A stretch of DNA of 64,000 nucleotides from Octopus vulgaris (lineage: Eukaryota): positions 43,214,001-43,278,000 of the forward strand of contig OX597825.1 in NCBI GenBank assembly GCA_951406725.2. Reading direction: 5' to 3'. A model generated the notes under the pieces. The model saw only the letters and a list, made by a program, of their open reading frames with translations, was not told the origin of the DNA and did not search any database. A program made the position numbers and the translations under genes. The stretch's first letter is position 1; each line of letters starts with the position of its first letter. Below, in pieces: positions 24,893-37,774 of the stretch.

Positions 24893-25833
24893 TATGAAAT
24901 GATCTCTATATTCTCCATCCCTTTATATAAGATACTAAAATTTATTAGAATCCTTTGGAAAAAACTATCTAAAGGATATTTATTTAAAATGACAAGCAGA
25001 ATTATGGCTGTTAAATGGTTAAGAACATTAGAAATCTCTAGAGCATTAGAAGTCTCTATTCTCCCTACCCACTAGCTTCAGCCTTCTAACTTTAGCTAAA
25101 ATACATTCAAATATGCCAAAGTTAAATTCCTCATAACAGGGTTGGATTTATGGCTCTGATATTTGTACTACCCCTTCCTCTATCTATAAATAGAAAAAAA
25201 TTCTTGTCTGTCTCCACTGAACTAAATAAAATTAAAATTTCACAGCAAAGGCACAATGGCAGAGAGAAAGACGGGCAACTTAATCAGATGAAACTAGGGC
25301 AAAGCGACTGAAACAGATGCTTGAATATACACGTAGACATGATTCTGTTTCCGCAGCACATGACCGACTGTTTAGGGTATCTCAAGAGGAGAATATTCTA
25401 CTTCAAAATAATGTCAGATCAGAAATTGATAAATCTAAATAACAAAGTGAACTCACTGATAAAAAATCAGCCCATGGAGAAGGACCTTCTACTACCATGT
25501 TCTTAATGATGAAATTAACCTCTCTGTCTATATATCCACCCTCTTTGTAATGTTGGCAAATGGAATAAGTATAAAAATGAACATTGTCTATTTAATTGAA
25601 AAATTCTATATGTGGCTGAAGAGTGCTCTACATTTTAAAACTGATGTGATAATTACATTGTTTAATTAAATGAAGTAGCATGAAAAGATTGTACTAAACT
25701 ACCTTGGATACCCTTGTTGCTTATTTTGATTATAATCATCCCATCTGATTTATATGGATAATACCATACCAAATTCTGGTGCCTTTAACTTAAGTACCAT
25801 ATTCATCTGAATCTAAATTTTGCTGAACTTATA

Positions 25834-25935
<102 letters not shown>

Positions 25936-26551
25936 CATGGACTCCTCAGTCTCTGGCTGAAACCAGTGAAAGAGAGAGTAAGTTTGCCTACATATGTGCG
26001 AGTCTGTGTGTATGGGTGTTTGTATAAAGGTATTATATCAGTGTGTGTGTGTGTGTATCTCTGGGTTGAAGTACGCATGCATATAATTCCTGTGCCCGTG
26101 ATTGTGTCGGGGAGTCGGAAAATAAAATGGTGAAATAAACATGGATATCTTGAATATAATTGTATTATCGAAACAGCTTTTTATAGAATGAAGAACAATA
26201 AAAGTAGTTATATGATCAAGAGTATCGCAATAACAAAAAAAAATAAATTGAAATGAATGCATATTATCATAAAAGTATTCTTAGATAAAAGGAAGGAAAA
26301 TCCGAAAAATTAAGGTTGATTTTAATGATTCAAATTTCTCTTATGGTATCAGTTTTTGTGGCGCCACGTTGAGTTGCTTTCTCATTGAACAATAGAATTA
26401 ATCTTTGTAAGGTTTCTAATTTGATTCTTAAGTTCTCCAGTGAATGTAACCAAAATGCTATCGCTCGTTCTTATTTACTGCCTAGTCGATAAGTAGTGGA
26501 TATACGAGCATGCACACACGAGCAAACACACACGCATATATATATATATAT

Positions 26552-26674
<123 letters not shown>

Positions 26675-26961
26675 TATATGTATACATATATGTATATATA
26701 TATATACATATACATATATACATATACAAAATATACACATTCACTCGGAGAGAAGCGCTTCCATAAATATAGTGAAATATGTGTGCGGTGGGGGTGTACG
26801 TGTGTGTGTGTGTGTGTTTGTGTGTATGCATGTGTGTGGAGAACACTAAATATGGGCTGGGTATTTTATGTGTGTGTTTTCATTAATCTGAGTGCGTGGG
26901 TGCGGGTGTGTGTGAAAAATACTCATGTACATATAAACACTGGTGTCTCTATAATCTCTAA

Positions 26962-27069
<108 letters not shown>

Positions 27070-27236
27070 CACACACATTCATTGATCTACATTGATAGAG
27101 AATTGGAAAGGACATGGCAAATGATATAGCTATGTTAGAAGACCTGGTATTTGCAGTGAGCACACAGTATTAATGACGATGATAATAATAATAAGCATAA
27201 TAAACATAATAATAATAATAAAAATAATTATAATTA

Positions 27237-27296
<60 letters not shown>

Positions 27297-27297
<1 letters not shown>

Positions 27298-30042
27298 GCT
27301 ACTAAGCAACAAAAAGAGAACAAAAATGCTCCGCAAATATAACATCACAGAAAAAGATTTGCCGGAGATAAAAGAAAAGCTGAAGCAAGATATCCTTGCC
27401 AAAGCTCAAAGGATCCGCCGGTACGAGAAACGCCAACGCTTCTTTGAACAGAACAAAAAGTTCAACTCCGACCCCAAAAAGTTCTACCAAGAACTGGGCA
27501 AAAATAAAATAGAAGTCACTGCAGCACCAACGGCAGAAGAATTGGAAGAATTCTGGAGAGAAATATGGTCGGCGAACGAACAGCCAAAAAAAGGAGTATG
27601 AAAATAACAAACTCGGCATCTGAACAACTTTGGACCCCCATAACAACTGAAGAGGTCACCCAGGCACTGCAAAAACTAAGCAACTGGAAGGCACCTGGGC
27701 ATGACAAGATCCCCAACTTCTGGTTGAAATATCTAACAGGAATGCAGAAAAGACTGGCTGAAAACTTTAACAGCATACTAGCAGAGCCAGAGACAATGTC
27801 TGAATGGCTCACGAAGGGGAAAACCATCTTAATTCCCAAATCAAATGAAACAACAAAACCAGAAAACTACAGACCAATAACCTGCCTCCCTACTATGTTC
27901 AAGGCATTTACTGCAGTGATATCGCAAAGGCTGAACAAGCACCTAGACGAAAACAAACTGTTCCCAGAAGAGCAGAAAGGATGCCGCAAGGGCTCATATG
28001 GCTGTAAAGATCAACTGATGATTAATAAAGCCATAACTGAAGACAGCCACAGAAAGAAGAAAGGTCTCAGTATGGCCTGGATTGACTACAAAAAGGCGTT
28101 TGATAGCATCCCCCACACATGGATCCTCGAAACACTAGCCATTAACAAAGTAGCACCAACAATCATAAAATTCATAGAGCACTCTATGAATAAATGGCAA
28201 ACAGTCCTACACCTCCAAACAAAAGAGGGACTCATGAAAACCAAAGACATCCCCATTAGAAGAGGAATATTCCAGGGAGACACGCTCTCTCCACTCCTTT
28301 TCTGCTTGGCACTGTCACCTCTATCTGATATGCTAAATAGTACTGGATGCGGATATAAATGTTACGGCAAAACGATCAGCCACCTTTTATATATGGATGA
28401 CCTAAAACTATACGCTGCAAATGACAAACAGCTGGAAACACTATCAAAGACAGTTCATGGATTTACCAAAGAAATAGATATGAAATTTGGATTAGAAAAA
28501 TGCGCCAAAGTAACCATGAAAAGAGGAAAATTAGTTAAGAGTAACAACATCACACTAGATAAAACCAATGAAATAAAAGAATTAGACCAAAGCCAAACTT
28601 ACAAATACTTAGGAATCCATGAACTAGATAAGACACAACACACACAAATGAAAGAGAAAATAAAAAAAGAATATTATAGACGAGTTAGATCAATACTAAA
28701 AACAGAGCTCAATGCTAAAAACAAGATAATAGGTATCAACACTTTAGCTGTCCCAGTTATAAGTTACAGCTACAATATCCTTAACTGGACACGAAATGAA
28801 CTGTCCAAAATAGATAGGAAAACAAGAAAAATACTGACAGGATCTAGGATGCATCAACCAAAATCTGACATAGAAAGACTATATATACAACGTATAGAAG
28901 GTGGTAGAGGCCTTATACAGCTGGAAAAATACTATAAAATAACCACCATAGGACTGCAAAAATACCTACTTCAGAAGGAAGGAAAACTGATCCAGATAGC
29001 AGCAAAACACGAGCAAAACAAAAAACTGTTCTCAGTATTTAAGGAAGCTGACAAATACAAACAAGAAATCATACCACCTAATAAACACAAAGAAGAAGAA
29101 GATGATGAAGAAACAACAAAAGCTATAAAACAAATGAAATCCAAACTAAAAATAGAACAGCAACGAGCCATGATAAAACGATGGCAAGAAAAGCCCCTTC
29201 ATGGTAAATACTGCACTAAACTAAACGCAAAAGAAATAGACAAAGAAAAATCCCAGCAATGGTTGAGAAGCTCAGGACTCAAAGCAGAAACAGAGGGATT
29301 TTTAATTGCAGCACAAGACCAAAGCCTCCCCACCAGAAATTACCAAAAACATGTAATGAAAAGAAATATTACAAGTAACTGCAGAATATGTGGAGATGGA
29401 CAAGAAACAATAAATCATATTATCTCTAGCTGTCCAGTCCTGGCTAAGAAGGAATATATTCACAGACATGACAGAGTTGGAACCTACATACATTGGAAGC
29501 TATGCCAACATTATGGAATAGCAACAGAAAAAAGATGGTATAGGCACACACCAGAAAAGGTCACAGAAAACGAGAAAGCAACCATACTCTGGGATATGCC
29601 GATACACACAGATAGAGAAATTAAGGCCAACAGACCAGATATAGTTGTCAGAGATCATGAAGAAAAAAATGCTTTCTAATTGATGTATCAATACCGGCAG
29701 ATGACAACGTGTCTCTAAAAGAAATGGAGAAACTCTCAAAATACAAAGACCTGGAAATAGAGATAACTAGAATGTGGAATCTGAAAACAGAAACAATTCC
29801 TATCATAGTAGGTGCTTTAGGCATGATAAAAAAATATTCAGACAAATACATAACAAAAACATCAGGACTTACAAACACATATAACATACAGAAAATTGCA
29901 CTACTAGGCACTGCACACATCCTACGCAGAACACTTTCCATACAATAACCATCAGAGCATCACAACAAATCACAGCACATACCCAAGGCACACAGAGCTG
30001 CGCTCGGTAGTGAAGTGAAAGCACGCTATAAAAATAAAACTA

Positions 30043-30045
<3 letters not shown>
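27297..30045 (+). mobile_element. R4/Dong-clade non-LTR retrotransposon, 5'-truncated, inserted in (TAA)n
   Basis: RT, CCHC knuckle and PD..D restriction-like endonuclease. Long (TAA)n tracts directly on both sides. Confidence 0.93.
27565..29679 (+). CDS. Reverse transcriptase + zinc knuckle of the R4/Dong element; endonuclease continues in the -1 frame to 29948
   Basis: NWKAPGHD, NYRPITCLPT, WIDYKKAFDSIPH, GIFQGDTLSPLLF, LYMDDLKL, CRICGDGQETINHIISSC, RHD, RPDIV; then CFLIDVSIP...EKLSKY. Confidence 0.9.
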   Translation: MVGERTAKKRSMKITNSASEQLWTPITTEEVTQALQKLSNWKAPGHDKIPNFWLKYLTGMQKRLAENFNSILAEPETMSEWLTKGKTILIPKSNETTKPENYRPITCLPTMFKAFTAVISQRLNKHLDENKLFPEEQKGCRKGSYGCKDQLMINKAITEDSHRKKKGLSMAWIDYKKAFDSIPHTWILETLAINKVAPTIIKFIEHSMNKWQTVLHLQTKEGLMKTKDIPIRRGIFQGDTLSPLLFCLALSPLSDMLNSTGCGYKCYGKTISHLLYMDDLKLYAANDKQLETLSKTVHGFTKEIDMKFGLEKCAKVTMKRGKLVKSNNITLDKTNEIKELDQSQTYKYLGIHELDKTQHTQMKEKIKKEYYRRVRSILKTELNAKNKIIGINTLAVPVISYSYNILNWTRNELSKIDRKTRKILTGSRMHQPKSDIERLYIQRIEGGRGLIQLEKYYKITTIGLQKYLLQKEGKLIQIAAKHEQNKKLFSVFKEADKYKQEIIPPNKHKEEEDDEETTKAIKQMKSKLKIEQQRAMIKRWQEKPLHGKYCTKLNAKEIDKEKSQQWLRSSGLKAETEGFLIAAQDQSLPTRNYQKHVMKRNITSNCRICGDGQETINHIISSCPVLAKKEYIHRHDRVGTYIHWKLCQHYGIATEKRWYRHTPEKVTENEKATILWDMPIHTDREIKANRPDIVVRDHEEKNAF

Positions 30046-30140
<95 letters not shown>

Positions 30141-30141
<1 letters not shown>

Positions 30142-30292
30142 TCTATTGTCAAGGAAGTTTGCAAATTTGCAAGGAAACTTGACATTAACTCTGAATTCGA
30201 TGAAGAACCTGAAACCACTGTCACCAAACAAGCAAAAACAGACTGCATAAATGAACGGGGTAGAAACAAATTTGCTAACAAATTCATAGAGC
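30141..30292 (+). mobile_element. Older R4/Dong-like internal fragment
   Basis: SIVKEVCKFARKLDINSEFDEEPETTVTKQAK resembles the SVFKEADKY/SITKQAKEY region of the other copies. Abuts (TAA)n. Confidence 0.45.
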
Positions 30293-30293
30293 A

Positions 30294-30518
30294 AAAATAT
30301 TTACATTCATTTTGCTACCATCCACTTGGCAGAATGAACTTATCAGAATAGTGTATATTTGGTGAGATCAAAGAAGAATTTAGGGTACCATTAGATTTTA
30401 GGAATTATTACAATAAACTCTAAGAATATCTAAAGTCTTCCTTGTTCTGGTCAAATATACACTATTCTGGTAACTTCATTCTGCCAACTAGATAGTAGCA
30501 AGATCAATGTAAATATTT
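30294..30518. repeat. MITE-like inverted repeat with ~70-bp arms
   Basis: AAATATTTACATT...TTGGCAGAATGAA.TTA.CAGAATAGTGTATATTTG is mirrored at 30450-30518. Confidence 0.8.
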
Positions 30519-30760
30519 CTTACCCTCGTATCAACCAAATATTGAATGCTCTGGCAGAAATGTTATCGGAGCGTCAGCAAAACTCCATTTAACAGTTGAA
30601 ATAGTGACGTTAATAGTCTTGTGGGTGTAACATAGAAAAGAGCCGGTAGCATTTTCGACATATCTACTTTACTATTTCCTTCTGCCGTCGAAATAAATTT
30701 CAGTAACCAATAACTTGATTTGAATATAGCATAGACTAGAAAGTAATTTTCTCCTTTCAA
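30519..30760 (-). pseudogene. C-type lectin-like fragment
   Basis: EIYFDGRR..YVENATGSFLCYTHKTINVTISTVKWSFADA/HFCQSIQYLV. Confidence 0.3.
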
Positions 30761-30963
30761 CGACAAACAAAAATACAATATCCAAAACGTTTTCTATATC
30801 AAAACATGTATTTCAGAATTTTTTTTATTTGCTTTAGATAAAGAATGAACGTTTAGAAATTATATTTTAATATTGTAAACTTCTGATGGTCTACAGGTCA
30901 TTTCAAATGCTCAAAACCACTTACAAAACACACTGAAATAACATCTTATATGACTACAAATAA

Positions 30964-31570
30964 ATGCACGTCACTATAGACAAAGAATAAACTGAATTTG
31001 AATCTATAGCTGCATAATGCACGCGATTCTTGCGTTGTTTGCTCATATATCATCATTGTGATTTCTGATTCCTGTAACTTAAATTTCTTGTCTATTTGTT
31101 GTCATTAATTATATTTGTATAGAACTTGTGTAAGAACAGCCTCCACGGAACTTTGTGTGATATATCACTAAAATGTCTGAGTGAGAAAGCTCCATATACT
31201 CCTGATTTAACATATCTCAAAAGAGTTACTTGCCTGAATTACAGGAATGAGGTAAACATTGATTTCAGATTCAACATACAAGTTTTAAGAATTTGTCAGA
31301 AATCACTTCTATCCCTAGAGATTTTATGGTTCTGCTGAACTAAACAACTGAGCAGAATAGTAATATAAAATAAAGCGGTAAGATTTATTTGCATTTCGAT
31401 AGCTGAAAATATGATCCATATGCACAAAAATAAATGAAAGTGAAGAATACTACTTGCAAGAAAATGTATTCTATATAATGTAGATTCAACATCATCTAGA
31501 ACATCCAGATGAACATCTAGAACTTCCAGATAAATATTGTGTTGTATCTTAGGGCATTCATTATTTCAAT
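30964..31570 (+). pseudogene. Decayed PAN-like + C-type lectin ORF
   Basis: Single frame: SIAA*CTRFLRCLLIYHHCDF...TCLNYRNEV...VLRICQKSLLSLEIL...NK*K* (TGA AAG TGA, one change each from W-K-W)...LCCIL. Confidence 0.3.
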
Positions 31571-31589
31571 AATAAACACACCCTCTGGC

Positions 31590-32085
31590 TCTATATTAGT
31601 TCTTTTGTTATTATTAGTAGTTAAATAGTTAAAGGTTCAAACAATTATTTGAACTATTGTTTGATTAATTACTCGGTCAATCAAACAAGTACGTTTGTGT
31701 TCTAGTTTATATATTTATGATATGCGAGTGAGAATGTGTGGAACAGTAAAAATGTGTGTACACGTGTTGTGAGAGCGCGTGCTCTGTACAAGCTGATGTG
31801 TGTATGCGTATCTGTGCGCGTGTGCCGTGCACACGCCAGCACATACACATATACACCAGCACAAATTCTTGCTCATACCTCTATAAATATTTCTTCGGTG
31901 TATTAGGTGACAGACATAACTGGAATAGAGTGGGCATGTCGTTGTCGAAGACGGGCTTGGCACGATTGAGCACTGATGATCCGAGCTGATTCATTGACTG
32001 ATCGATTAATCAGACAGTCCATTAGTTAATTGATTAAATTCTTAACCATTTGACTAATAATTATTATAAAAGATGTGATATAGAA
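31590..32085. mobile_element. MITE-like element with degenerate long TIRs
   Basis: TAGTTAAATAGTTAA..TGTTTGATTAATT.CTCGGTCAAT mirrored by ATTGACTGATCGATTAATCAGACA..TTAACCATTTGACTA. Confidence 0.5.
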
Positions 32086-32309
32086 CCACTGTATTGTTTA
32101 CTTTTAGCATTATGACTCCTCATGAGAGAAAAAGTTTTTTTTCAACACACGGAATGATAGCAAGAATCTTTCCAGCTAAATACAAAACTAAAGTTATAAA
32201 TTGTATTCAATTTGCATATTGGCAATAGATAGATGCTGATACCTGAACTATGTAATACATTTAAACTAGGAGTTTACATCTTCACGGGTATCGACGAATA
32301 CATTTCAGG

Positions 32310-32720
32310 ATGGTGATGGTTTGAAAGTTGTTGGCATCTCTTTTTGGCATGTTTTGATCAACTGCTTAACATTGCCTTCTTTAGATCAACGTTAGACAGA
32401 GAAACCATAAAGAAAAATGGAGGCTTAGGAGTGACCATCCTTTCATTTCTAATCAGAATATATTTTGTATTAGCATTAGCGATGGTATGGATTCTGCGCT
32501 GATTCACTTGCATTGTTTGCATCAGGAGCTTGATACAGGAAATTGAACACCATCAATTATCCAACTACATTAGCAAGTTTGTTTCACATAATTGAAGATA
32601 CTAGCAGATTCGGCTGTCAAAAATTGCACGGCATGAAGATATGGGATGTGACAGATCAAGTGACTGCTGCAGTATAAGACAATCGCGCAAAGGGACACTC
32701 GGCTCGTGAAACGAACTTCT
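32310..32720 (+). pseudogene. Decayed signal peptide + PAN-like N-terminus
   Basis: TTTCAG-G-ATGGTG start similar to the 14978 copy; MVMV*KLLASLFGMF...SALIHLHCLHQELDTGN*TPSIIQLH*QVCF. Confidence 0.25.
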
Positions 32721-32779
32721 TAACCCAAAGATATGGCCATGTGCACACACACAAGTGAAGCCGTATACATACATACGTA

Positions 32780-32865
<86 letters not shown>

Positions 32866-32944
32866 TATGTGTGTGTGTGTCTGTGTGTCTGTGTGTGTGT
32901 CTGTGTGTGTGTGTGTGTGTGTCTGTGTGTGTGTGTGTGCAGTT

Positions 32945-33230
32945 CAAATTTACAGAAAACAGAGACGAAGAAGGTGAGGAAACAAGTATGGAAAAGTCTT
33001 TCATGTTTGGGGTCTATGCTCTTCGACAGAAAAGATTGAGCGAGGAAAAAGGTGAGACAAAAAGATGTATAGGGATTAATGGTTCAACATAATGAAATAG
33101 CTGAAAGTAAGAAGCTGAGTGAAAGGGATATAATGAGGGTGATTCCCCGAACGAAAGTCTGCAAGCGCTTGTGTGTATGTGAGAACGGTTGCATGAGTCT
33201 GTATGTGAGAATGACGGTGAGTGCGTGAGT
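32945..33230 (-). mobile_element. Degenerate Penelope-like terminal-repeat fragment
   Basis: AGACGAAGAAGGTG and minus-strand CTGTCGAAGAGCATAG resemble the 17191 and 17955 copies. Confidence 0.45.
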
Positions 33231-33235
33231 ATGTA

Positions 33236-33650
33236 TACTCTTTACTCTTTTACTTGTTTCAAACATTTGACTGCGGCAATGCTGGAGCACCGCCTTTAGT
33301 CGAGCAACTCGACCCCGGGACTTATTCTTTTGTAAGCCCAGTACTTATTCTATCGGTCTCTTTTGCCGAACCGCTAAGTAACGGGGACATAAACAAACCA
33401 GCATTGGTTGTCAAGCAATGCTAGGGGGACAAACACAGATACACAAACACAGACACGCATATTTATATATATATACATATATACGACGGGCTTCTTTCAG
33501 TTTCCGCCTACCAAATCCACTCACAAGGCTTTGGTCGGCCCGAGGCTATAGTAGAAGACACTTGCCCAAGGTGCCACGCAGTGGGACTGAACCCAGAACC
33601 ATGTGGTTCTTAAGCAAGCTACTTACCACACAGCCACTCCTGCGCCTATG
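33236..33650 (-). mobile_element. Full-length tRNA-derived SINE
   Basis: A box TGGCTGTGTGG, B-box-like GGTTCAGTCCC, CORE-like CCTTGGGCAAGTGTCTT, LINE-like 3' tail and (AAAGAGT)n-type end. Confidence 0.88.
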
Positions 33651-33744
33651 TGTGTATATGTATATATATATATATATATACACATACATACATATATATA
33701 TATATATGCATATATATGTGTGCATATGTGTATATATATATACG

Positions 33745-36500
33745 TAGAGCATAGTCCAAAATGGACAGGAACGCCATCCTTTTACGTGATCGGCTTACCT
33801 CAACATCAAACAGGAAAATGAAAATCATTACCCGGAGGATAGATATTAGAACCACCCCCATAAGGAGTTACCGAGAGAATTTTCGTTCCAGCATTCCACT
33901 AAATATCCACGCACAACAAACCCATACCACACGTAATAATTACCAACGACGGCCCCCTAAAACACCACATCAAAACATGGAATATTGGGACACACCTTTC
34001 AATACCCTTCCGAGAACCCCACCATAAATCACAACAGGGCACCCCACAACAACAGGAAACAACAACCGTCCCAATCACCTCCATCATTTTTAGATCCAAT
34101 ACGCAAACACAGAGATACGAGATAGTATCAGACAGACAGGAGGAACCAAAATTGATAAAAGTCATCAATCTAACTCTCAAAATCTTACAGCAAACCATAT
34201 TAACATCCTCTTCAATGGGCTCAAGTTTACAACCAACGCCCACCCACCCACGCCCCAACTACAATGAAATGAAAGAAGACGTTACGGAATTCTGTAGAAA
34301 ACTACGACTCACTGAGGAACTATACGACAAATACAATGAGGACGAAACGTTAGTTCGAAATAGAAGTAACTACACTCCTTCAAAAGATAAGAACAAAATT
34401 CTTGACCGTTTCTGTGAATACATTACGAATTACCCATATCAACCTATGCACAAACAAAACCACAAACCAAACTTCAGCAAAAAACAATGGGTTGAGCTGA
34501 ACAACTTATAAGATGATAAAACAATAACAATCAAAGAGGCTGATAAAGTGGGGGGGGGGGGCAGTTGTCTTAATGGATACAGTATACTATATAATTCTAG
34601 TACTATCCATATTGGAAGACACAACATATTTTGAAAAGGTCCAACACTACAGTCAGCAGGAAAAAATGAGAAGCCTAAAAACTATGCTGAATCTATTCAG
34701 AGAAGGGCTCACCGACAAGGAATACGATTATATGATTAACTTCAAAAGTAAATCCAGTTAATTCTATGGTATTCCTAAGATGCACAAAAGTGAGAAAATA
34801 AGTAACGCATGCAGGATAGCCACAGACATAATAATCAAGGTCCCTAATCCCAATGACCTCAAATTAAGACCTATTATAGCAGGTCAGGCATGCGAAACCC
34901 ACCGCCTCATTAACTTTTTAGATTCCCTCTTGAAACCATTTCTCAAGCATATCAAAAGCTACATAAGGGAAGACCTAAATATGTTCAATCCCCTCCCTAA
35001 AACAATTAACAAAAACACTCTACTAGTATCTTTCAATGCAGCCAACCTCTATTCTTATATTCCCCACAGCCTAGGAATAGAGGAAATTCAATTCTGGCTA
35101 GGGAATTACTTTAATGAACTCCCACATCGCATCAAAAAGAATTCGTAATAGAAGGGCTAAAATTCATCTTGGAGAATAACTACTTTGTCTTCAAAGACAA
35201 TTTCTATAGATAAAAATTGGGGACTTCGATGGGTACGGGAATGGCCCCCTCCTCTGCTAACTTAGTCATGGGATGTCTAGAAATCAGCCTTTATTGTTGG
35301 GTACTAGAAAAATGCGGCAACCCATTCTCCCTCTACAAGTGGAAGAGGCATCTGGATTACTGTTTCATTCTTTGGCATGAAAGTATAGAGAGACTTAAAT
35401 AATTTCAAGCACTTCTAAATGGACTTGGCATAAACATTCAATTCACGATGGAATATATACATCAACAACTTACATTCCTCAACATCCTCATTAAGAAATC
35501 CAACAACAAAATAGAGACAGATATATACTATAAGCCCACGGACTCCAAGCAATATCTACTGTTCAACTCACGCCAGCCCAGACACACTAGAATAAATATC
35601 ACATTCAACCAAGGGACACACGACTACGTAAATTAAAGGATAAACTCATCACTAGTAACTACCCACCATCACTAACTGATATAGGCGTTCAACGTGCCTA
35701 CAACTCAGCATACACGAACTCAGACACCCCAAACTAAAGAAGGATTTACAACCAAAATCCCTACCATACATCTCCACACACAACCTCCTTAACAATAAAG
35801 CCTTCGACACCATCCTCCAGAACAAAAAGTGATCACAGAATGAATTTAATCCTCCAAACGCACACCATCATAAAGAGCAAAAGAGAACCCAAATCTATGA
35901 AAAGTATCCTAACACAAGTTCAAGTAAACTCGACAACAACAATGAAGCTGTCAGTAAAAAATGCAGACGACCTAACTGTGTTCTATGCGTCAACTTAAAT
36001 GAGGGATCAGAGTTCTCTTTCAAACAGGGTCAACGTTTGACAGTGAAAAACAACTTCACATGTGGTTCAGAGAACCTAATATATGTATTAACTTGCTCTG
36101 GGTGTCGAGATCATTACATAGGCCAAACCAAAAAGAGTCTACATCAAAGGATGGCTCTACATAGATCCCAGATCAAACTTCAGGAATACAGAAAAATAGT
36201 ATTCAGCGAACACATGGACATTTGCACCACTAACAAACAACCATGCTTCAGAAATTTTGCATTATATAAATTCAGGGACGATGCAACCTGTAGTCAGTGA
36301 ATTGGCAAAGAGTCATTTTTTATCACAAAATATATACTCCTTCTAAACGCGTCCACCATAAATGACACGACTACAAGGGCCTTAGAATAATGCTCACACA
36401 AATATCAAAAACGATATATTCAGAACAATGACTACCCATGAATTTATTCAGAACAATTCCAATCACTACTATTACAACCACAATGGGTCACTTTCAGTTC
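33745..36500 (+). mobile_element. Penelope-like retroelement (Neptune-like), degenerate RT + GIY-YIG
   Basis: TIKEADK, FYGIPKMHK, LRPIIAG, GTSMGTGMAPSSANLVMG, WKRHLDYCF, TDIYYKPTDSKQYL, KCRRPNCVLC linker, NLIYVLTCSGCRDHYIGQT. Many stops and frameshifts. Confidence 0.9.
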
Positions 36501-36963
36501 ACTTGACCATTTAAAAGGATTCCACCAGCATCCTACTACTGTCATACCATTCCCGCATTTTTTATTATTCTTTCTCTTCTTTTCCTACTCCCTCTTTTTC
36601 TTCTTCTTCTTCATCTTCACCTCATTCCTCCGCTACCACTGCTGCTTAAACAATCAAAATCAAGAATTCATATCAAATATTCTTTTAAGACTGCTACTAC
36701 GTACTACATGATACCAAGCCTTTACAAGAGTAAAAAGAGAGACAGACAGATAGAAAAAGGAAAATGTCCGTTACATTTGAAAACTATGGAAATATTTAGA
36801 AAAACATTTCATTTAATTTTTCCACAACACCTGTATCAAAATGTTCTTCATGATAAAATTATTTTAACATATAGTACTGGTATCACAAATTTCTTGAAAT
36901 AAAAGAAATATGAATATAACAGTTTCTGCCTGTATTTTAGATAGTAAAACTGTCTGTTCCACG

Positions 36964-37480
36964 ATGCAATTCATATATATGTTTTTGTTTGTTTGTGTGG
37001 TAAATTCATCTTAGGTCAGTTGCTCATCATTTCATTTTTCTCTGTTTAATTAGTCGTCAGTACAATTTAAGCATCTTCTGAGACTACCATTTGATTTTCA
37101 TTTCACCAGTCACCTTTGTATTTGTATTGTTTCGATATCATTTTAAATAGTATACATTAAAAGTAGACCATTAATATATCTCTTAACTTAGCGTTCCGTC
37201 ATTTCAGAGGTTTCCTTTAGAGATTTGGGCTTGTTTTATTTCATAAGTAACGCTAATAAATTATGTATAATGCTTACAATTTCCAGTCATATAAGATAGA
37301 TAATTACAAAGAACACATTGATCATGACCAAGTTACCAAATTCCAAACAGTTTTCCTGGGGAGAAAGAAGCAGCTATAACAAGTGATTCAGAGATATCAA
37401 CACTTGCATTAGATAGGCTAATACGGTTTTGAACAAAAATTAACTTCCTGAAAGTAACTGTTCATTCTTAATCTAAAAGT
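36964..37480 (+). pseudogene. Decayed secreted C-type lectin ORF
   Basis: Single frame: MQFIYMFLFVCVVNSS...FISNANKLCIMLTISSHI...KQFSWGERSSYNK*FRDINTCIR...N*LPESNCSF. Confidence 0.35.
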
Positions 37481-37774
37481 TTAGTATCCCACTGTGATTT
37501 TTTTGTTATGATCTTTAGTTTTAGTTTTCATTTTTACTCGTTTTAAAATGAATTTGAAACTACATATATATTTTTCTATACATCAGTTTTCCTTCAATAT
37601 ATCTTATTTGTGCAGCTACATATACTTCTTTATTTAAATGTCTTTAGAAAAATACTAGGAACAAATTGAGAATAAAAGAATTGCGTTCACTAACTCACTT
37701 TCAACTGCTATATATATTCCAATTTTCTTTTAATTCCTCCCACATCGAAATAACCACAGAAAAGCAAAATGTGA

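Larger units (their letters stand above)
24124..25730. mobile_element. Inverted pair of Penelope-like terminal repeats (24124-24385 and 25469-25730) between (TA)n tracts
   Basis: ~260-bp arms are reverse complements with scattered mismatches, and each contains a hammerhead motif. Confidence 0.75.

Noticed and set aside
33570-33650. tRNA gene (also 3450-3520 and 50614-50680)
   Set aside because: tRNA-like heads continue into SINE bodies and do not fold into full cloverleaves.
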